A stretch of DNA of 64,000 nucleotides, taken from the IMG/VR virus record IMGVR_UViG_3300002773_000047; one strand, 5' to 3'. Numbering within the stretch: the stretch's first letter is position 1; each line of letters opens with the position of its first letter. The stretch comes from an uncultured virus (IMG/VR IMGVR_UViG_3300002773_000047). Its lineage: Duplodnaviria > Heunggongvirae > Uroviricota > Caudoviricetes. A program made the translations under genes and the position numbers. The notes under the pieces were generated by a model that saw nothing but the letters and a program-made list of their open reading frames with translations, was not told the DNA's origin and ran no database searches. Of this stretch, positions 25,969 through 35,992 are shown one piece after another.

Positions 25969-28290
25969 ATGACGAACCAGACCAACGACCTCGACCCCGT
26001 GGACACGCCCGATGGCGATGTGCCGCTCTCGCTCGCCGAGTACCACCAGATCCTCGAAGAAATCGACAGCCAGCCGCGCGCGTGGCGCCGCATTGCCGAC
26101 CGGGAAATGGACTACGCCGACGGCAACCAGCTCGACACCGAGCTGATCCGCCACATGAAGGCGCAGGGCATCCCGACCACGATGGAGAACCTGATCGGCG
26201 CATCGCTGGAGGGCATCCGTGGCTACGAGGAGGCGAACCGCACGGACTGGCGAGTGACCTCCAACGGGCAGCCTGGCGGACAGGACGTAGCGGACGCGAT
26301 CAGCTTCAAGCTCAACGAAGCCGAGCGGAAGAGCAAGGCCGACGACGCCTGCAGCGGCGCCTTCTATCCTCAGATCGCGGTGGGCATCGGCTGGGCCGAG
26401 GTGTGCCGCAACTCCGATCCTTTCGACTACCCCTACCAGTGCAACGTCATCCACCGCAACGAGATCCACTGGGACTGGGCCAGTACCAAGCTGGACCTGA
26501 GCGACGCGCGGTGGTTGCGCCGCCAGCGGTGGATGCACCCGTCGCGCCTGGCGCGCGTCTTTCCTGACCAGAAGGAGCTGATCCGCCGCTACGGCCGCGC
26601 CGGCATCAACTGGTGGGCGGAGTTCGACGAGACGCAGCACGGCGGCGGCAGCACGGGCCTGAACCGGGCGTGGGATGTGGCGCGCGAGTGGACCCGCCTC
26701 GAAGACCGGTGGTTCAACCCGATGAACAAGGAGGTGTGCGCCTCCGAGCTGTGGTACCGCCGGTGGTCCGATGTGATCGTGCTCAAGAGCCCGGACGGCC
26801 GCGTGGTGGAGTACGACGAGAAAAACCCGGCGCACGTTTTCGCCCTGGCCAAGGGGCGCGTGCAGTTCATGCGCGCCACCGTCGCGAAGGTCCGCCGCAG
26901 CTACTGGCTCGGCCCGCACGTCCTCTTCGACGGCCCCAGTCCCTATGCGCACCGCTACTTCCCGTACGTGCCGTTCTGGGGCTTCCGCGAGGACGGCACT
27001 GGCGTGCCCTTCGGCTATGTGCGTAACCTGATGGACCAGCAGGACACGCTGAACAACGGCAATGCGCGTCTGCGCTGGGGTATGAGCTCCTACCGCACCG
27101 AGCGCACGAAGGGCGCCGTCGACATGCCCGACGACGTGTTCCGCCGCACCATCAACCGCCCGGACGCCGACATCGTGCTGAACGCGGCGCACATGGCACA
27201 GCAGGGCGCCCGGTTCGAGGTGAAGCGCGACTTCCAGGCCAATGCCCAGCAGCTCGAGCAGCTTCAGAACGCCCGCAACGCGATCGAGCGCATCAACCCC
27301 GCTGCCGCGGGTGCGTTCTCTGGCCGGCGCGGCACTGCCAACAGCGGCATCCAGGAACAGACCCAGGTGGAGCAGGCCAACCAGTCGCTCGCGCACATGA
27401 TGGGCAACCAGAAGCGGGCGCGCACGCTGGTGGGCGAAATGCTGGTGGCGATGATCGTGCAGGACATCGGCTCAAGCCCGCACGCGGTCGTCATCGAGGG
27501 CGACGACGTGACGCCAGCGCGCACTGTGGTGCTCAACAAGCCTGAAGCGGACCCGCTCACCGGCGTTCCCTACCTCTCCAACGATCTGCAGCGCACCATG
27601 CTGCAGGTCGGGTTGGAAGATGTGCCCAGCTCGCCGACCTACCGCGGGCAGCAGCTCAACGCCCTGTCCGAAGCGATCAAGAGCCTGCCGGCGCAGTACC
27701 AGGCCGCCGCCATGCCCTTCCTCGCCAGCCTCATGGACGTGCCGTTCAAGCGGGCGCTCGTGGAGGCCCTGCGCGCCGCCTCGGCGCAGGAGACGCCCGA
27801 GCAGGTGGAGAAGCGCATCCAGGAAGCGGTGCAGGACGCGCTGGCGAAGGCCGGCAACGACCTCAAGGCCCGCGAGCTCGACATGAAGGAGCGACTGACC
27901 GAGGCCCAGATCAAGCAGATCATGGCCCAGGCGGTGCAGACCGGCGTGCAGGCAGCCTTCGCGGCGATGCAGGGAGGCGCGCAGGTGGCGCAGATGCCGA
28001 TGATCGCGCCGATCGCCGACGCCATCATGCAGGGCGCAGGCTACCAGCGGCCCACGCCGGGCGGCGACGATCCGAATTTCCCGACGCCGGCGCAGACGGC
28101 CGCCATGAACATCAAAGACCCCTATATCCAGGGGCAGGGCCCCGCCGCGCTGGCGGCTCAGGAGGAAGCGGCTGCTGCACCGCCGGTGCGCGAGAACACC
28201 AGCCCGACGTTCCCTCCGCGCGCGATTCAAGCGGGGGGAGGCATGAAAGGTATCGAAACTACGAGTGTTTCAGACAGCTTGCCGACGTGA
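25969..28290 (+). CDS. Portal protein (P22-like podovirus type)
   Basis: Follows terL; Y.DGNQ, FPYVPFWG.R...G.PFG.VR...DQQD..N; long helical C-terminus. Confidence 0.85.
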   Translation: MTNQTNDLDPVDTPDGDVPLSLAEYHQILEEIDSQPRAWRRIADREMDYADGNQLDTELIRHMKAQGIPTTMENLIGASLEGIRGYEEANRTDWRVTSNGQPGGQDVADAISFKLNEAERKSKADDACSGAFYPQIAVGIGWAEVCRNSDPFDYPYQCNVIHRNEIHWDWASTKLDLSDARWLRRQRWMHPSRLARVFPDQKELIRRYGRAGINWWAEFDETQHGGGSTGLNRAWDVAREWTRLEDRWFNPMNKEVCASELWYRRWSDVIVLKSPDGRVVEYDEKNPAHVFALAKGRVQFMRATVAKVRRSYWLGPHVLFDGPSPYAHRYFPYVPFWGFREDGTGVPFGYVRNLMDQQDTLNNGNARLRWGMSSYRTERTKGAVDMPDDVFRRTINRPDADIVLNAAHMAQQGARFEVKRDFQANAQQLEQLQNARNAIERINPAAAGAFSGRRGTANSGIQEQTQVEQANQSLAHMMGNQKRARTLVGEMLVAMIVQDIGSSPHAVVIEGDDVTPARTVVLNKPEADPLTGVPYLSNDLQRTMLQVGLEDVPSSPTYRGQQLNALSEAIKSLPAQYQAAAMPFLASLMDVPFKRALVEALRAASAQETPEQVEKRIQEAVQDALAKAGNDLKARELDMKERLTEAQIKQIMAQAVQTGVQAAFAAMQGGAQVAQMPMIAPIADAIMQGAGYQRPTPGGDDPNFPTPAQTAAMNIKDPYIQGQGPAALAAQEEAAAAPPVRENTSPTFPPRAIQAGGGMKGIETTSVSDSLPT

Positions 28291-28312
28291 GCCAGTGGCC
28301 AAGCGCTTCAAG

Positions 28313-29188
28313 TTACGCTGCCAACTTTGATTGGGGAAGTTCGCCGCGAGGCACCGTCAAACCTTGCCGAAAGAACATGACCTCTGATCCAACGTAGCGC
28401 ACCTGCGCGGTGTAGTTCAGGCCATAGATGATGGACCGAGACATCCGGTACATCTGTTGAATTTGGTCTACGTTGTCATAGGACACTACCCATGGGACTT
28501 CGAACTCTCCCGATTGCAACAGCAGCGCGATCCGTTGGTGATCGTCATGCTCGTAGTAGTTGCGATAGAGGCCCTGGCCCTTGGTGTAGTAGGGAGGGTC
28601 GAGGTAGACGAGGGACTGGCGGGGAAGAAAGCTGCGGCTTCTGCTCAGCAGCGCATGCGCATCCTCGTTGTAGACCGAGATGCTCGATGAATGGAGCGCA
28701 ATCATTTCGATGCGCTTGGCCAACACATCTTTCTTTAGCCGAGCGTCGAGTTTGTAGTTCCCGTCCTGAGCGAGGCCTCCGATCACGCCGCCTTTCAATA
28801 CCCCCGACCGATTGGTCCGGTTCATGAACAAGGTCGCAAAACCGCGCTCAGCTTGGCCAACCTTGATTTCCCCTCTGAGAACGGCTCGCCAATGGTGCCA
28901 CTGGGCCATCGTCACCGGTGTATCAGCGAGCAGACGCAGGATCTCTTCTGGTTGCTGAGTGATTGACACCCAGAAATCAAAAACTGCTGGGTCCAAGTCG
29001 TTGATGTGGATGTGCGTTGCGTCGCCATGAAACAGCAACTCTAGCGCCACTCCAGCGCCGCCAGCATAGGGCTCGAGATAGTGGCCGCCCGACAGCCCGT
29101 TGGCCCTCATCAAGCTTGCAATGAACGGGGCAAACTGTGCCTTGCCGCCCGGGTATCGAAGAGGGGTATAGAGCTTGTTGGAGAACAT
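28313..29188 (-). CDS. Dam-family N6-adenine DNA methyltransferase
   Basis: PLRYPGGK, EPYAGGAG, INDLD, YLDPPYY, SYD. Confidence 0.92.
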   Translation of the reverse strand: MFSNKLYTPLRYPGGKAQFAPFIASLMRANGLSGGHYLEPYAGGAGVALELLFHGDATHIHINDLDPAVFDFWVSITQQPEEILRLLADTPVTMAQWHHWRAVLRGEIKVGQAERGFATLFMNRTNRSGVLKGGVIGGLAQDGNYKLDARLKKDVLAKRIEMIALHSSSISVYNEDAHALLSRSRSFLPRQSLVYLDPPYYTKGQGLYRNYYEHDDHQRIALLLQSGEFEVPWVVSYDNVDQIQQMYRMSRSIIYGLNYTAQVRYVGSEVMFFRQGLTVPRGELPQSKLAA

Positions 29189-29241
29189 TATTCGTCGCGT
29201 GGCGTCTCAACTCTAGCGCACAGCAGCCGGCTTGGCCAGCG

Positions 29242-30900
29242 TCATACGAAGCGCGCAGAAGTCCGGGCGACTGCCTGCTCGAAGGAGGCTACAAATTCTG
29301 CTGATTCTCTCGGATAGCAGGCCATCCATTCGCGAAGGATGCCCCACCGATGGATCGCGTTCCAATGCTCCTTCCACCACTGCTTCGTGCTGTCGCGCTG
29401 GGTAGATTGAACTGTCGTGCCCAAAAACTGGTTCACGATCTTGTCGCTCGTGGGGTTCGGAACGTCAAACCGAAGCATGGCGGCCTGTAACGTTGGTGTC
29501 GGCCTCTCGACGATGTCTTGAAGAAACCGAATGATGGTGTTTTCGGGGGACCGCGCTGTGCCCCGCGAACCTGCGACGCAAGGCAGTTTGATAGTGTTGC
29601 CTCTGGACGCGGCCTTGAGCGGAATGGATGTATCAGCATCAACTATCAGTACTCGGTCTTTGAAAATTGCGTCTTTCTCCGGCAGCGCTATCAGGTTCGA
29701 GCCGCCCACTCCCAATGGAATAAGTTTTATCGTGACCCCGTATTTACGGCCTAAGGATGCGCGCTTTCCTTTGGGAATTAGCGTGTCGCAAAATTGGGCA
29801 CCTTCCACATCTTCAAAGTAAACCCCTAAAGTGGGCTTTTTCGATTTCGCTGCTTTTCCATAATCAGCCGTCAGGATCATGTCATCAAGAACCGCTTTAA
29901 GCGATTGATCCTCCGCGAGTCTCGGGCGTCGCGTATCGAGAAGATAGATGATCTTGTCCGGAGATCTCGCATTGCCTGCACCTTCTGGGTGGACCGCACT
30001 TATTAGCGCGGGAGAGTGCGTTGTAGCCACGATTTGAAGATTTAGCTTTCGCGCGGCGCTTTTTAGTGCATCTGCGAGGCGGGATATGGCGTGAGGATGA
30101 AACCCGACATCCAATTCATCGATGATCAACAACCCGCCCGTGTAGGCATCGCCTTGTTCTCGCTTCAGTTGACTGAATGACGCGAGCGCAGTTGCAATGC
30201 TTGCCAAGCTGTCTTGGCCCATGGAAACCGCCAGTGCTTCGTGGGTCTGGTACCCTGGGTGTGCGGTCTTTTTCTTCGATCCTCGTATGCTCTGATGAGT
30301 CATCCTGTCGGTCACTCCGCCGCCAAGGATTACCGAGTCAATAAAACTCGTCATCAAATTTTTGTCGTCGGTGTGCATTTGCAGATTAGCGCTTGACACC
30401 TCTTTCTCGTCGGCCTCGCCAATAGAAGCAAGTCGACGGATTCCTAAGAAAATACATGCCAGAGGGATCTTGGCATCTTGGCCAATTGGGTCATCCTCTG
30501 CACGCTCAATCGTTCGAGGTACGACTCGGGCGCGCTTCCACGCTTCTCGCCGGGTCATGGCACATCGCTTCCGGACCTCAACTCCGTCCACATCGGCCAC
30601 GACGATCGGAGCTGCTGCAGGATTTTGCTGAGCAGTATCAACCTCACTCAATGCAAGGTAAACGATGCGTTCAATGTTTGCGTAAAAGGGATCGCCTAAA
30701 TAGGTCTTTGGTGCGCCTTCGGAAGTCAGACCGAAAGTATTCGCCAAGAGCCCAAGGATCGTTGATTTTCCTATGCCGTTGTGACCCGCAATCAGAGTAA
30801 GTCTAGAGCCAAGCTCTATTTTTAGTTCTTTTAGCTTTCTGAAAGGAGAATCAGAAAATTCCAACGATTTAACGCGAATATTTTGAATTTGTGCCGGCAT
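29242..30900 (-). CDS. ABC/AAA_21 ATPase fused to a TOPRIM-like domain (OLD-like)
   Basis: Walker A GHNGIGKS, SMGQ, Walker B LLIIDELD, TTHS; C-terminal YFED, GVGG, VDAD, SPE. Confidence 0.8.
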   Translation of the reverse strand: MPAQIQNIRVKSLEFSDSPFRKLKELKIELGSRLTLIAGHNGIGKSTILGLLANTFGLTSEGAPKTYLGDPFYANIERIVYLALSEVDTAQQNPAAAPIVVADVDGVEVRKRCAMTRREAWKRARVVPRTIERAEDDPIGQDAKIPLACIFLGIRRLASIGEADEKEVSSANLQMHTDDKNLMTSFIDSVILGGGVTDRMTHQSIRGSKKKTAHPGYQTHEALAVSMGQDSLASIATALASFSQLKREQGDAYTGGLLIIDELDVGFHPHAISRLADALKSAARKLNLQIVATTHSPALISAVHPEGAGNARSPDKIIYLLDTRRPRLAEDQSLKAVLDDMILTADYGKAAKSKKPTLGVYFEDVEGAQFCDTLIPKGKRASLGRKYGVTIKLIPLGVGGSNLIALPEKDAIFKDRVLIVDADTSIPLKAASRGNTIKLPCVAGSRGTARSPENTIIRFLQDIVERPTPTLQAAMLRFDVPNPTSDKIVNQFLGTTVQSTQRDSTKQWWKEHWNAIHRWGILREWMACYPRESAEFVASFEQAVARTSARFV

Positions 30901-31034
30901 AGCATCCCTCAACGATGTACCTAGTTGTTACTTTGGTGTGAGTATCCGACTAATCCATCGCTGATGGATTAGGGAAATGGAGATGTCGGCGGGGGGGACG
31001 CGCGAGCGATCAGTGGTGGCTTGTTCATGTGCAC

Positions 31035-31075
31035 CCCCTGTAGGGTTTCACGAGAGGCCATGCCCTCGGCAAAGT
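31035..31075 (+). promoter_or_regulatory. Late-promoter motif copy 3 (scaffold/capsid operon)
   Basis: CCCCTGTAGGGT-TTCACG-N17-CAAAGT. Confidence 0.65.
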
Positions 31076-31079
31076 CGTG

Positions 31080-31258
31080 CTCAAGCGTGATGCGAAAGCA
31101 AAGCGTGAAGTAGCCCGCTCGTGAGAGCCGGCACCTCCCTCGAAAGAGCGCGAGGTAACTCCCCCAGCTGGAGGTGTACGGGGTGGGGCTTCGGCCCCGC
31201 CCGGTGCTCCGAATGCGGATGTCCCTAGCGGCCACGGCGACATGTGGCGGACGAGCAT
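31080..31258 (+). ncRNA. Structured 5' leader RNA with GNRA/UUCG tetraloop hairpins
   Basis: TGC-GAAA-GCA, GCTC-GTGA-GAGC, CTC-GAAA-GAG, GGGTGGGGC-TTCG-GCCCCGCCC. Confidence 0.6.
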
Positions 31259-32288
31259 GACGGCAACAACCGACAACTTCTTTGACAGCATCAACGGCGC
31301 ACTGACGCCGGAGCAGGCTCTCCAGGCATTGAGCTTGGAAGAGAAGGGCGATACCGGCGGCAAGCCGGAAGACGGTGGCGCGCCCACGACCACCACTGCA
31401 ACCGACGATAAGCCCGGTGCGGCTGAGCCCACGAAGGGCAACGAGCAAACCGACGAGACGAAGGGCAAGGCCGATGGCGCCCAACCCATCCCGGAAGACC
31501 AGCAGACCGCGGACAACACCGTGGTCCTGGCCAGGGACGGCAAGCACACCATCGACTTCAGCCACCTGGACAAGGCACGCCAGCAACGCGACACGTACCG
31601 GGCCGAGGCCGAAGACGCGAAGCGCCAACTGGCGGACCTGCAAGCACAGGCGAAGGCCCGCGAGAACGAAGGGCAGGCCCCGACCAAGACCGACAACATG
31701 GTCGCCACAGCAGAGGCGGCAATGTCGAAGGGGGTGGACCCGGGCCTGTTCGGCGACTTCTCGGAAGAGGCGCTTGCGGCAGGCATCGCCAAGCTGGTGC
31801 AACAGCAAGTGGAGGAGCGCGTCGGCAAGGCCGTCGCGCCGCTGCAGGCGAAGCAACAGCAGGACGCCGCCACCGCGCACTACGAGGCCATCTACAAGGC
31901 GCATCCCAACGCTGACTCCATCGTGGAGAGCGCCGAGTTCAAGGCCTGGGTGGATGCCCACCCGAGCGCGGTTCGCAATGCGTACTGGCAACTGTTCGAC
32001 CCGAAGACGGGCGGAACGGCTGAGCAGATCGTCGAAGTGTTCGATGCCTTCACGAAGGGCAACAAGGAAGCTCCTACGCCCGCAGCCTCTGACAAGGCTG
32101 CGGCCACGGCCGCCGCTGCTTCCGCGCGGAAAGAACCCCCTGCAAGCCTGTCCGGTATCCCCGGCGGGCGCGCGGACGGGCTCTCTCCGCAGGAGCACAT
32201 GGCAGGCATGGGTGGCGTCGACATGTACGCGGCCATGGAAGGCATGAGCCCCGCACAGATCGAAGCCTTTCTGAACAAGCAACTCTGA
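31257..32288 (+). CDS. Capsid scaffolding-like protein
   Basis: Acidic helical protein directly before the major capsid gene. Confidence 0.7.
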   Translation: MTATTDNFFDSINGALTPEQALQALSLEEKGDTGGKPEDGGAPTTTTATDDKPGAAEPTKGNEQTDETKGKADGAQPIPEDQQTADNTVVLARDGKHTIDFSHLDKARQQRDTYRAEAEDAKRQLADLQAQAKARENEGQAPTKTDNMVATAEAAMSKGVDPGLFGDFSEEALAAGIAKLVQQQVEERVGKAVAPLQAKQQQDAATAHYEAIYKAHPNADSIVESAEFKAWVDAHPSAVRNAYWQLFDPKTGGTAEQIVEVFDAFTKGNKEAPTPAASDKAAATAAAASARKEPPASLSGIPGGRADGLSPQEHMAGMGGVDMYAAMEGMSPAQIEAFLNKQL

Positions 32289-32340
32289 TTGCACCAGGCA
32301 TCGCCGGGAGGCGAGGCCGATCCCATCGAAGGAGGACTCC

Positions 32341-33633
32341 ATGTCCGAAAGCAAAACGAACGTCCCGTCGGGCGCCACCGGCGCCATGATCCAGCAGGCG
32401 GTAGGGGTCTTCCACACCTGCATGCAGCGCAACACGACGCTGAACCGCCTCACGGGCAAGATGCCCACCATCGAGAACGCCATCGCGGGCGCGAAGCGTC
32501 AGTCGAAGCCCACGATGCCCATCGTGCGCGCCGACGACCTGGGCAAGAACAAGGGTGACGAGATCACCTTTCACCTCGACAACCCGATCAGCGGTTACCC
32601 GATCATGGGCAGCGAATACGCCGAGGGCAAGGGCGTGGGCATGTCGTTCTCGGAAGACCGGCTGCGCGTCAACCAGGCGCGCTTCCCGGTGGACATGGGC
32701 AACACCATGACCCAGATCCGCAGCCCCTACGACCTGCGCCGCCTGGGCCGCCCGAAGGCGCAGCAGCTGATGAACGACTACATCGACCAGTCGATCCTCG
32801 TTCACATGGCCGGCGCCCGCGGCTTCCACGACAACAAGATCGAGTGGCGCGTGCCGCTCGCCTCGCACCCGAAGTTCAAGGAAATCATGGTGAACCGGGT
32901 GAAGGCGCCGACGCGCAACCGGCACCTGGTGGTCGGCGGTGGCGCCGTGGGCGAGGTGAAGGCGAACGCTGGCGAGCTGACCATTGCCACGACGGACATG
33001 TTCACCATGGATGCGGTGGACTCGCTGCGCTCCTGGATGGACCAGATCCCGCTGCCGCCGCCCCCGGTGGAGTTCGAGGGCGACCTGGCCGCCACCGACA
33101 GCCCAATCCGCGTTGCGCTGGTGTCGCCCGCGCAGTACAGCGGCTTCGCCACGAACCCGGACTTCCGTAGCTTCCAGGCCAACGCCTATGCGCGCGCCCG
33201 GCTGGCGAAGGACCACCCGCTGTTCCTCGGCGACGTGGGCCTCTGGAACGGCATCCTCATCGTGAAGATGCCCAAGGCGATCCGCTTCTACGCTGGCGAT
33301 CAGCTCAACTACTGCGCTGCGTACGACAGCGAGGTCGAGTCCAGCGTCGTCGTGCCGGCGTCGTTCGGCACCACCTTCGCCGTGGACCGCGCGCTGCTGC
33401 TGGGCGGCCAGGCGCTGGCGCAGGCCTTCGGCAGCTCGGAGCACAGCGGCATCCCGTTCTTCTGGTCGGAAGAGAAGGGTGACCACGGCGACAAGCTCGA
33501 AATCCTGATCGGCGCCATCCTGGGCATGTCGAAGATCCGCTTCGCAGTGGACCACGGCGACAGCACCCAGTTCACCGACCACGGCGTGACGGTGCTGGAC
33601 ACGGCCGTTCGCATCATCAAGCCGCGCGGCTGA
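32341..33633 (+). CDS. Major capsid protein, N4-gp56 / DUF4043 type
   Basis: DL.K.KGD.I.F.L, EGKG..M, HPLF.G..G.WNG, R.LLLG.QA, K.RF; AGGAGG SD. Confidence 0.85.
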   Translation: MSESKTNVPSGATGAMIQQAVGVFHTCMQRNTTLNRLTGKMPTIENAIAGAKRQSKPTMPIVRADDLGKNKGDEITFHLDNPISGYPIMGSEYAEGKGVGMSFSEDRLRVNQARFPVDMGNTMTQIRSPYDLRRLGRPKAQQLMNDYIDQSILVHMAGARGFHDNKIEWRVPLASHPKFKEIMVNRVKAPTRNRHLVVGGGAVGEVKANAGELTIATTDMFTMDAVDSLRSWMDQIPLPPPPVEFEGDLAATDSPIRVALVSPAQYSGFATNPDFRSFQANAYARARLAKDHPLFLGDVGLWNGILIVKMPKAIRFYAGDQLNYCAAYDSEVESSVVVPASFGTTFAVDRALLLGGQALAQAFGSSEHSGIPFFWSEEKGDHGDKLEILIGAILGMSKIRFAVDHGDSTQFTDHGVTVLDTAVRIIKPRG

Positions 33634-33699
33634 TGACCTCGGGGGCCGGCTGCGGTTGGCCTCCGCCTTCACCTTTCTCGAATCACACAGGAGGCCAAC

Positions 33700-34179
33700 A
33701 TGGCAACTATTAAGAAACTGGGGCTGGGCCTGCAGCAGTTCGGCGGCTTCACCCCTTACGGCAACCTCACCACGCTGCGCGCCGCGCTGCTGACCGCGGC
33801 CGATGGCGGCGCGCTCAACGCGGACAGCGCCACGCCCCTCGGCATCGGCGATGTCGTGGTGCTCGACAAGCTGCCCGAGGGCATGGTGCTGGAAGACGCG
33901 CAACTGATCGTGTCGACGGCGATGACCGCCGCAGTAACCGGCTCGCTGGGCTTCATCTACGCCGACGGTGTGGACAGCGCCGACGTGCCGCAGGACGCCG
34001 CGTATTTCGGTGCCGGCCTGGCGCTCAACGCGACCGGCCGCCTGCGCGCCGCCACCGCCAAGGTGCCGGTGAAGCTGCCCAAGCCCGCGCTGCTGGTGCT
34101 GACCATCGCAGGCGCGGCCAACGCGAAGGCTTCGCGCGTGGACGTGATCGTGCACGGCGAGCGCGGCGGCCCGAAGTAA
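33700..34179 (+). CDS. Capsid decoration / cement-like protein
   Basis: Beta-rich 159 aa after MCP; AGGAGG SD. Confidence 0.6.
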   Translation: MATIKKLGLGLQQFGGFTPYGNLTTLRAALLTAADGGALNADSATPLGIGDVVVLDKLPEGMVLEDAQLIVSTAMTAAVTGSLGFIYADGVDSADVPQDAAYFGAGLALNATGRLRAATAKVPVKLPKPALLVLTIAGAANAKASRVDVIVHGERGGPK

Positions 34180-34248
34180 TCGACACCTGAGCCGAGCGGG
34201 GCGGGGCCATGTGCTTCGCCCCTTCGTCACATCCAAGAGGAGCAACCC

Positions 34249-34692
34249 ATGTCCGCCAGCCAACTCGTCGCCATCACCTACGTCGGCACGGAAACGCCGT
34301 TCCAGGACCGCATCTACCGATCGCGCCTGACCTTCGACCCCGACCAGACCCGCGAGGTGCCGGCCGAGCTCGCTGCCAAGTTCCTGCTGCACGCAGACGT
34401 GTTCAAGGCGGCCGACGAAAAGGCTGCCGAGGCGACCGCGAAGAGCAAGAAGGCCGCCGCGCCGAAGGACGACACGGCGGAGACGCTCGAAGCCGCCCAG
34501 AAGGCCGAGGAAGAGCGGCGCCAGAAGGAGGGCCAGCGCTTCGAACTGCACCAGCAGATCGACAAGATGGACAAGCAAGCGCTGCGCGACTGGACGAAGA
34601 CGAAGTTCCAGCAGGAGCTGCCCGGCAACCTCGGCATCGAGAAGATGCGCGATCGCGTCAAGGGCTTCGTGGATCAGTTCGGAGCCCCATGA
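34249..34692 (+). CDS. Hypothetical virion-assembly protein
   Basis: GAGGAG SD; coupled to the next gene. Confidence 0.65.
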   Translation: MSASQLVAITYVGTETPFQDRIYRSRLTFDPDQTREVPAELAAKFLLHADVFKAADEKAAEATAKSKKAAAPKDDTAETLEAAQKAEEERRQKEGQRFELHQQIDKMDKQALRDWTKTKFQQELPGNLGIEKMRDRVKGFVDQFGAP

Positions 34693-35384
34693 CCCTGCAG
34701 GACTTGATCCGGCGCTTCCGCGTCCTGGCCAACGACAAGCGGCAGCCCTATTTCTGGGCAGATGCCGATGTCGTGGACTGGCTGAACGATGCCGAGCGGC
34801 AGGCTGCGGTGCGCGGCCGGCTGCTGCGCGAGGACGCGGACCCTGAGGTGTGCCGCATCGCGCTCGCATCGGGGCAGGCGGTGTACCCGCTGCACGCGGC
34901 GGTGTTCGAGATCATCAGCCTGCGCCTGCTGCCAGTCAACGGCGACCGCGCGCGCTCGATCAGGCTCGTTTCGCGCGAGTGGCTGGATGCCGAGGTGCCC
35001 GGCTGGCGTGAGCGTGTAGACCCGGCGTGCTTCGCGATCCAGGATGACACTTCCTTGCGCCTGGTCGGCACGTTCGAGGCCGGCGATGTGCTCGTGCTCG
35101 AGTGCTATCGGACGCCCCTGGAGTCAATGGCGCTGCCCCCGGGCGGCTCGCCGCCGCCGGTGGTCCGCAGCACGCCCGATATCCATGCGACGCACCACGA
35201 GCACCTGCTGCTGTGGGCGTTGCATAAGGCTTTCAGCATCCCCGACACCGAGACGTTCGACCCGGCACGCTCGGACAGGGCTGAAGCGGGCTTCACCGCC
35301 TACTTCGGGCCGATGCCCGATAGCGACCTCCGCCGTATCACGCGCGAGGATGTTCCACATCACAACGTGCTGATCCTGCCATGA
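34689..35384 (+). CDS. Head-tail adaptor-like protein
   Basis: MTL.DLI..FR....D...PY.W.D......LN.A; H..L..WAL.KAF. Confidence 0.65.
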   Translation: MTLQDLIRRFRVLANDKRQPYFWADADVVDWLNDAERQAAVRGRLLREDADPEVCRIALASGQAVYPLHAAVFEIISLRLLPVNGDRARSIRLVSREWLDAEVPGWRERVDPACFAIQDDTSLRLVGTFEAGDVLVLECYRTPLESMALPPGGSPPPVVRSTPDIHATHHEHLLLWALHKAFSIPDTETFDPARSDRAEAGFTAYFGPMPDSDLRRITREDVPHHNVLILP

Positions 35385-35602
35385 GCACGACCCTTGTTCA
35401 CGTAGAGCTCCGCGTCGGCGAGACGGTGCGCATCGGCAACACGCTGGTGACGCTCTCTCAGAAGTCGGGACAGCGCGCGCGTCTCGCCATCTGCGCCGAC
35501 GCGAACACCCCCATCCAGCGCCCAGCCGGGCGCGCAACCACTGGCGCGCAGGAGTGCGCTTCTTCCGCTGAAGAGGCCGCAAATGGCAAACACCCTGTAT
35601 GA
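35381..35602 (+). CDS. CsrA/RsmA-like RNA-binding protein
   Basis: RVGETVRIGNTLVTLSQKSGQRARLAICADANTPIQR aligns by eye with E. coli CsrA [38 protein letters not shown]. Confidence 0.6.
   Translation: MSTTLVHVELRVGETVRIGNTLVTLSQKSGQRARLAICADANTPIQRPAGRATTGAQECASSAEEAANGKHPV
35544..35559 (+). promoter_or_regulatory. AGGA-loop hairpin 1
   Basis: GCGCGC-AGGA-GTGCGC, 23 nt before ATG 35583. Confidence 0.55.
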
Positions 35603-35990
35603 CGCTGCGCGGCAGCGCTTCCTGGAAGCTCAGCTCAACTGGGCGACCGACACCATCAAAGTTCTGTTGGTGGACACTGGCGCCTACACGCCGCAGACGG
35701 CCATCCACCAGTACCTCGCGGACATCCCGATCTCGGCGCGCATCGCGGGCCCCGTGACGCTGACCGCGAAGACCACCACCGGCGGCGCGGCCGACGGCGC
35801 GGACGTGACGTTCACGGCTGTCTCGGGCGCGAGCATCGAGGCCATCGTGATCTACCGCGACACGGGCACCGAGGCGACCTCGCCGCTGATCGCTTTCATC
35901 GACACGGCCACGGGCCTGCCAATCACGCCCAACGGCGGCGACATCATCGTCACCTGGGACAACGGCACCAACAAGATCTTCAAGGTCTGA
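35583..35990 (+). CDS. Virion structural (tail-associated) protein
   Basis: DTIKVLLV, AIVIY, PLIAFID, PNGGDI.V.W. Confidence 0.75.
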   Translation: MANTLYDAARQRFLEAQLNWATDTIKVLLVDTGAYTPQTAIHQYLADIPISARIAGPVTLTAKTTTGGAADGADVTFTAVSGASIEAIVIYRDTGTEATSPLIAFIDTATGLPITPNGGDIIVTWDNGTNKIFKV

Positions 35991-35992
35991 TC

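Noticed and set aside
31080..31205. Hammerhead or other known self-cleaving ribozyme
   Set aside because: No CUGANGA core or other recognisable consensus; left as an unknown structured RNA
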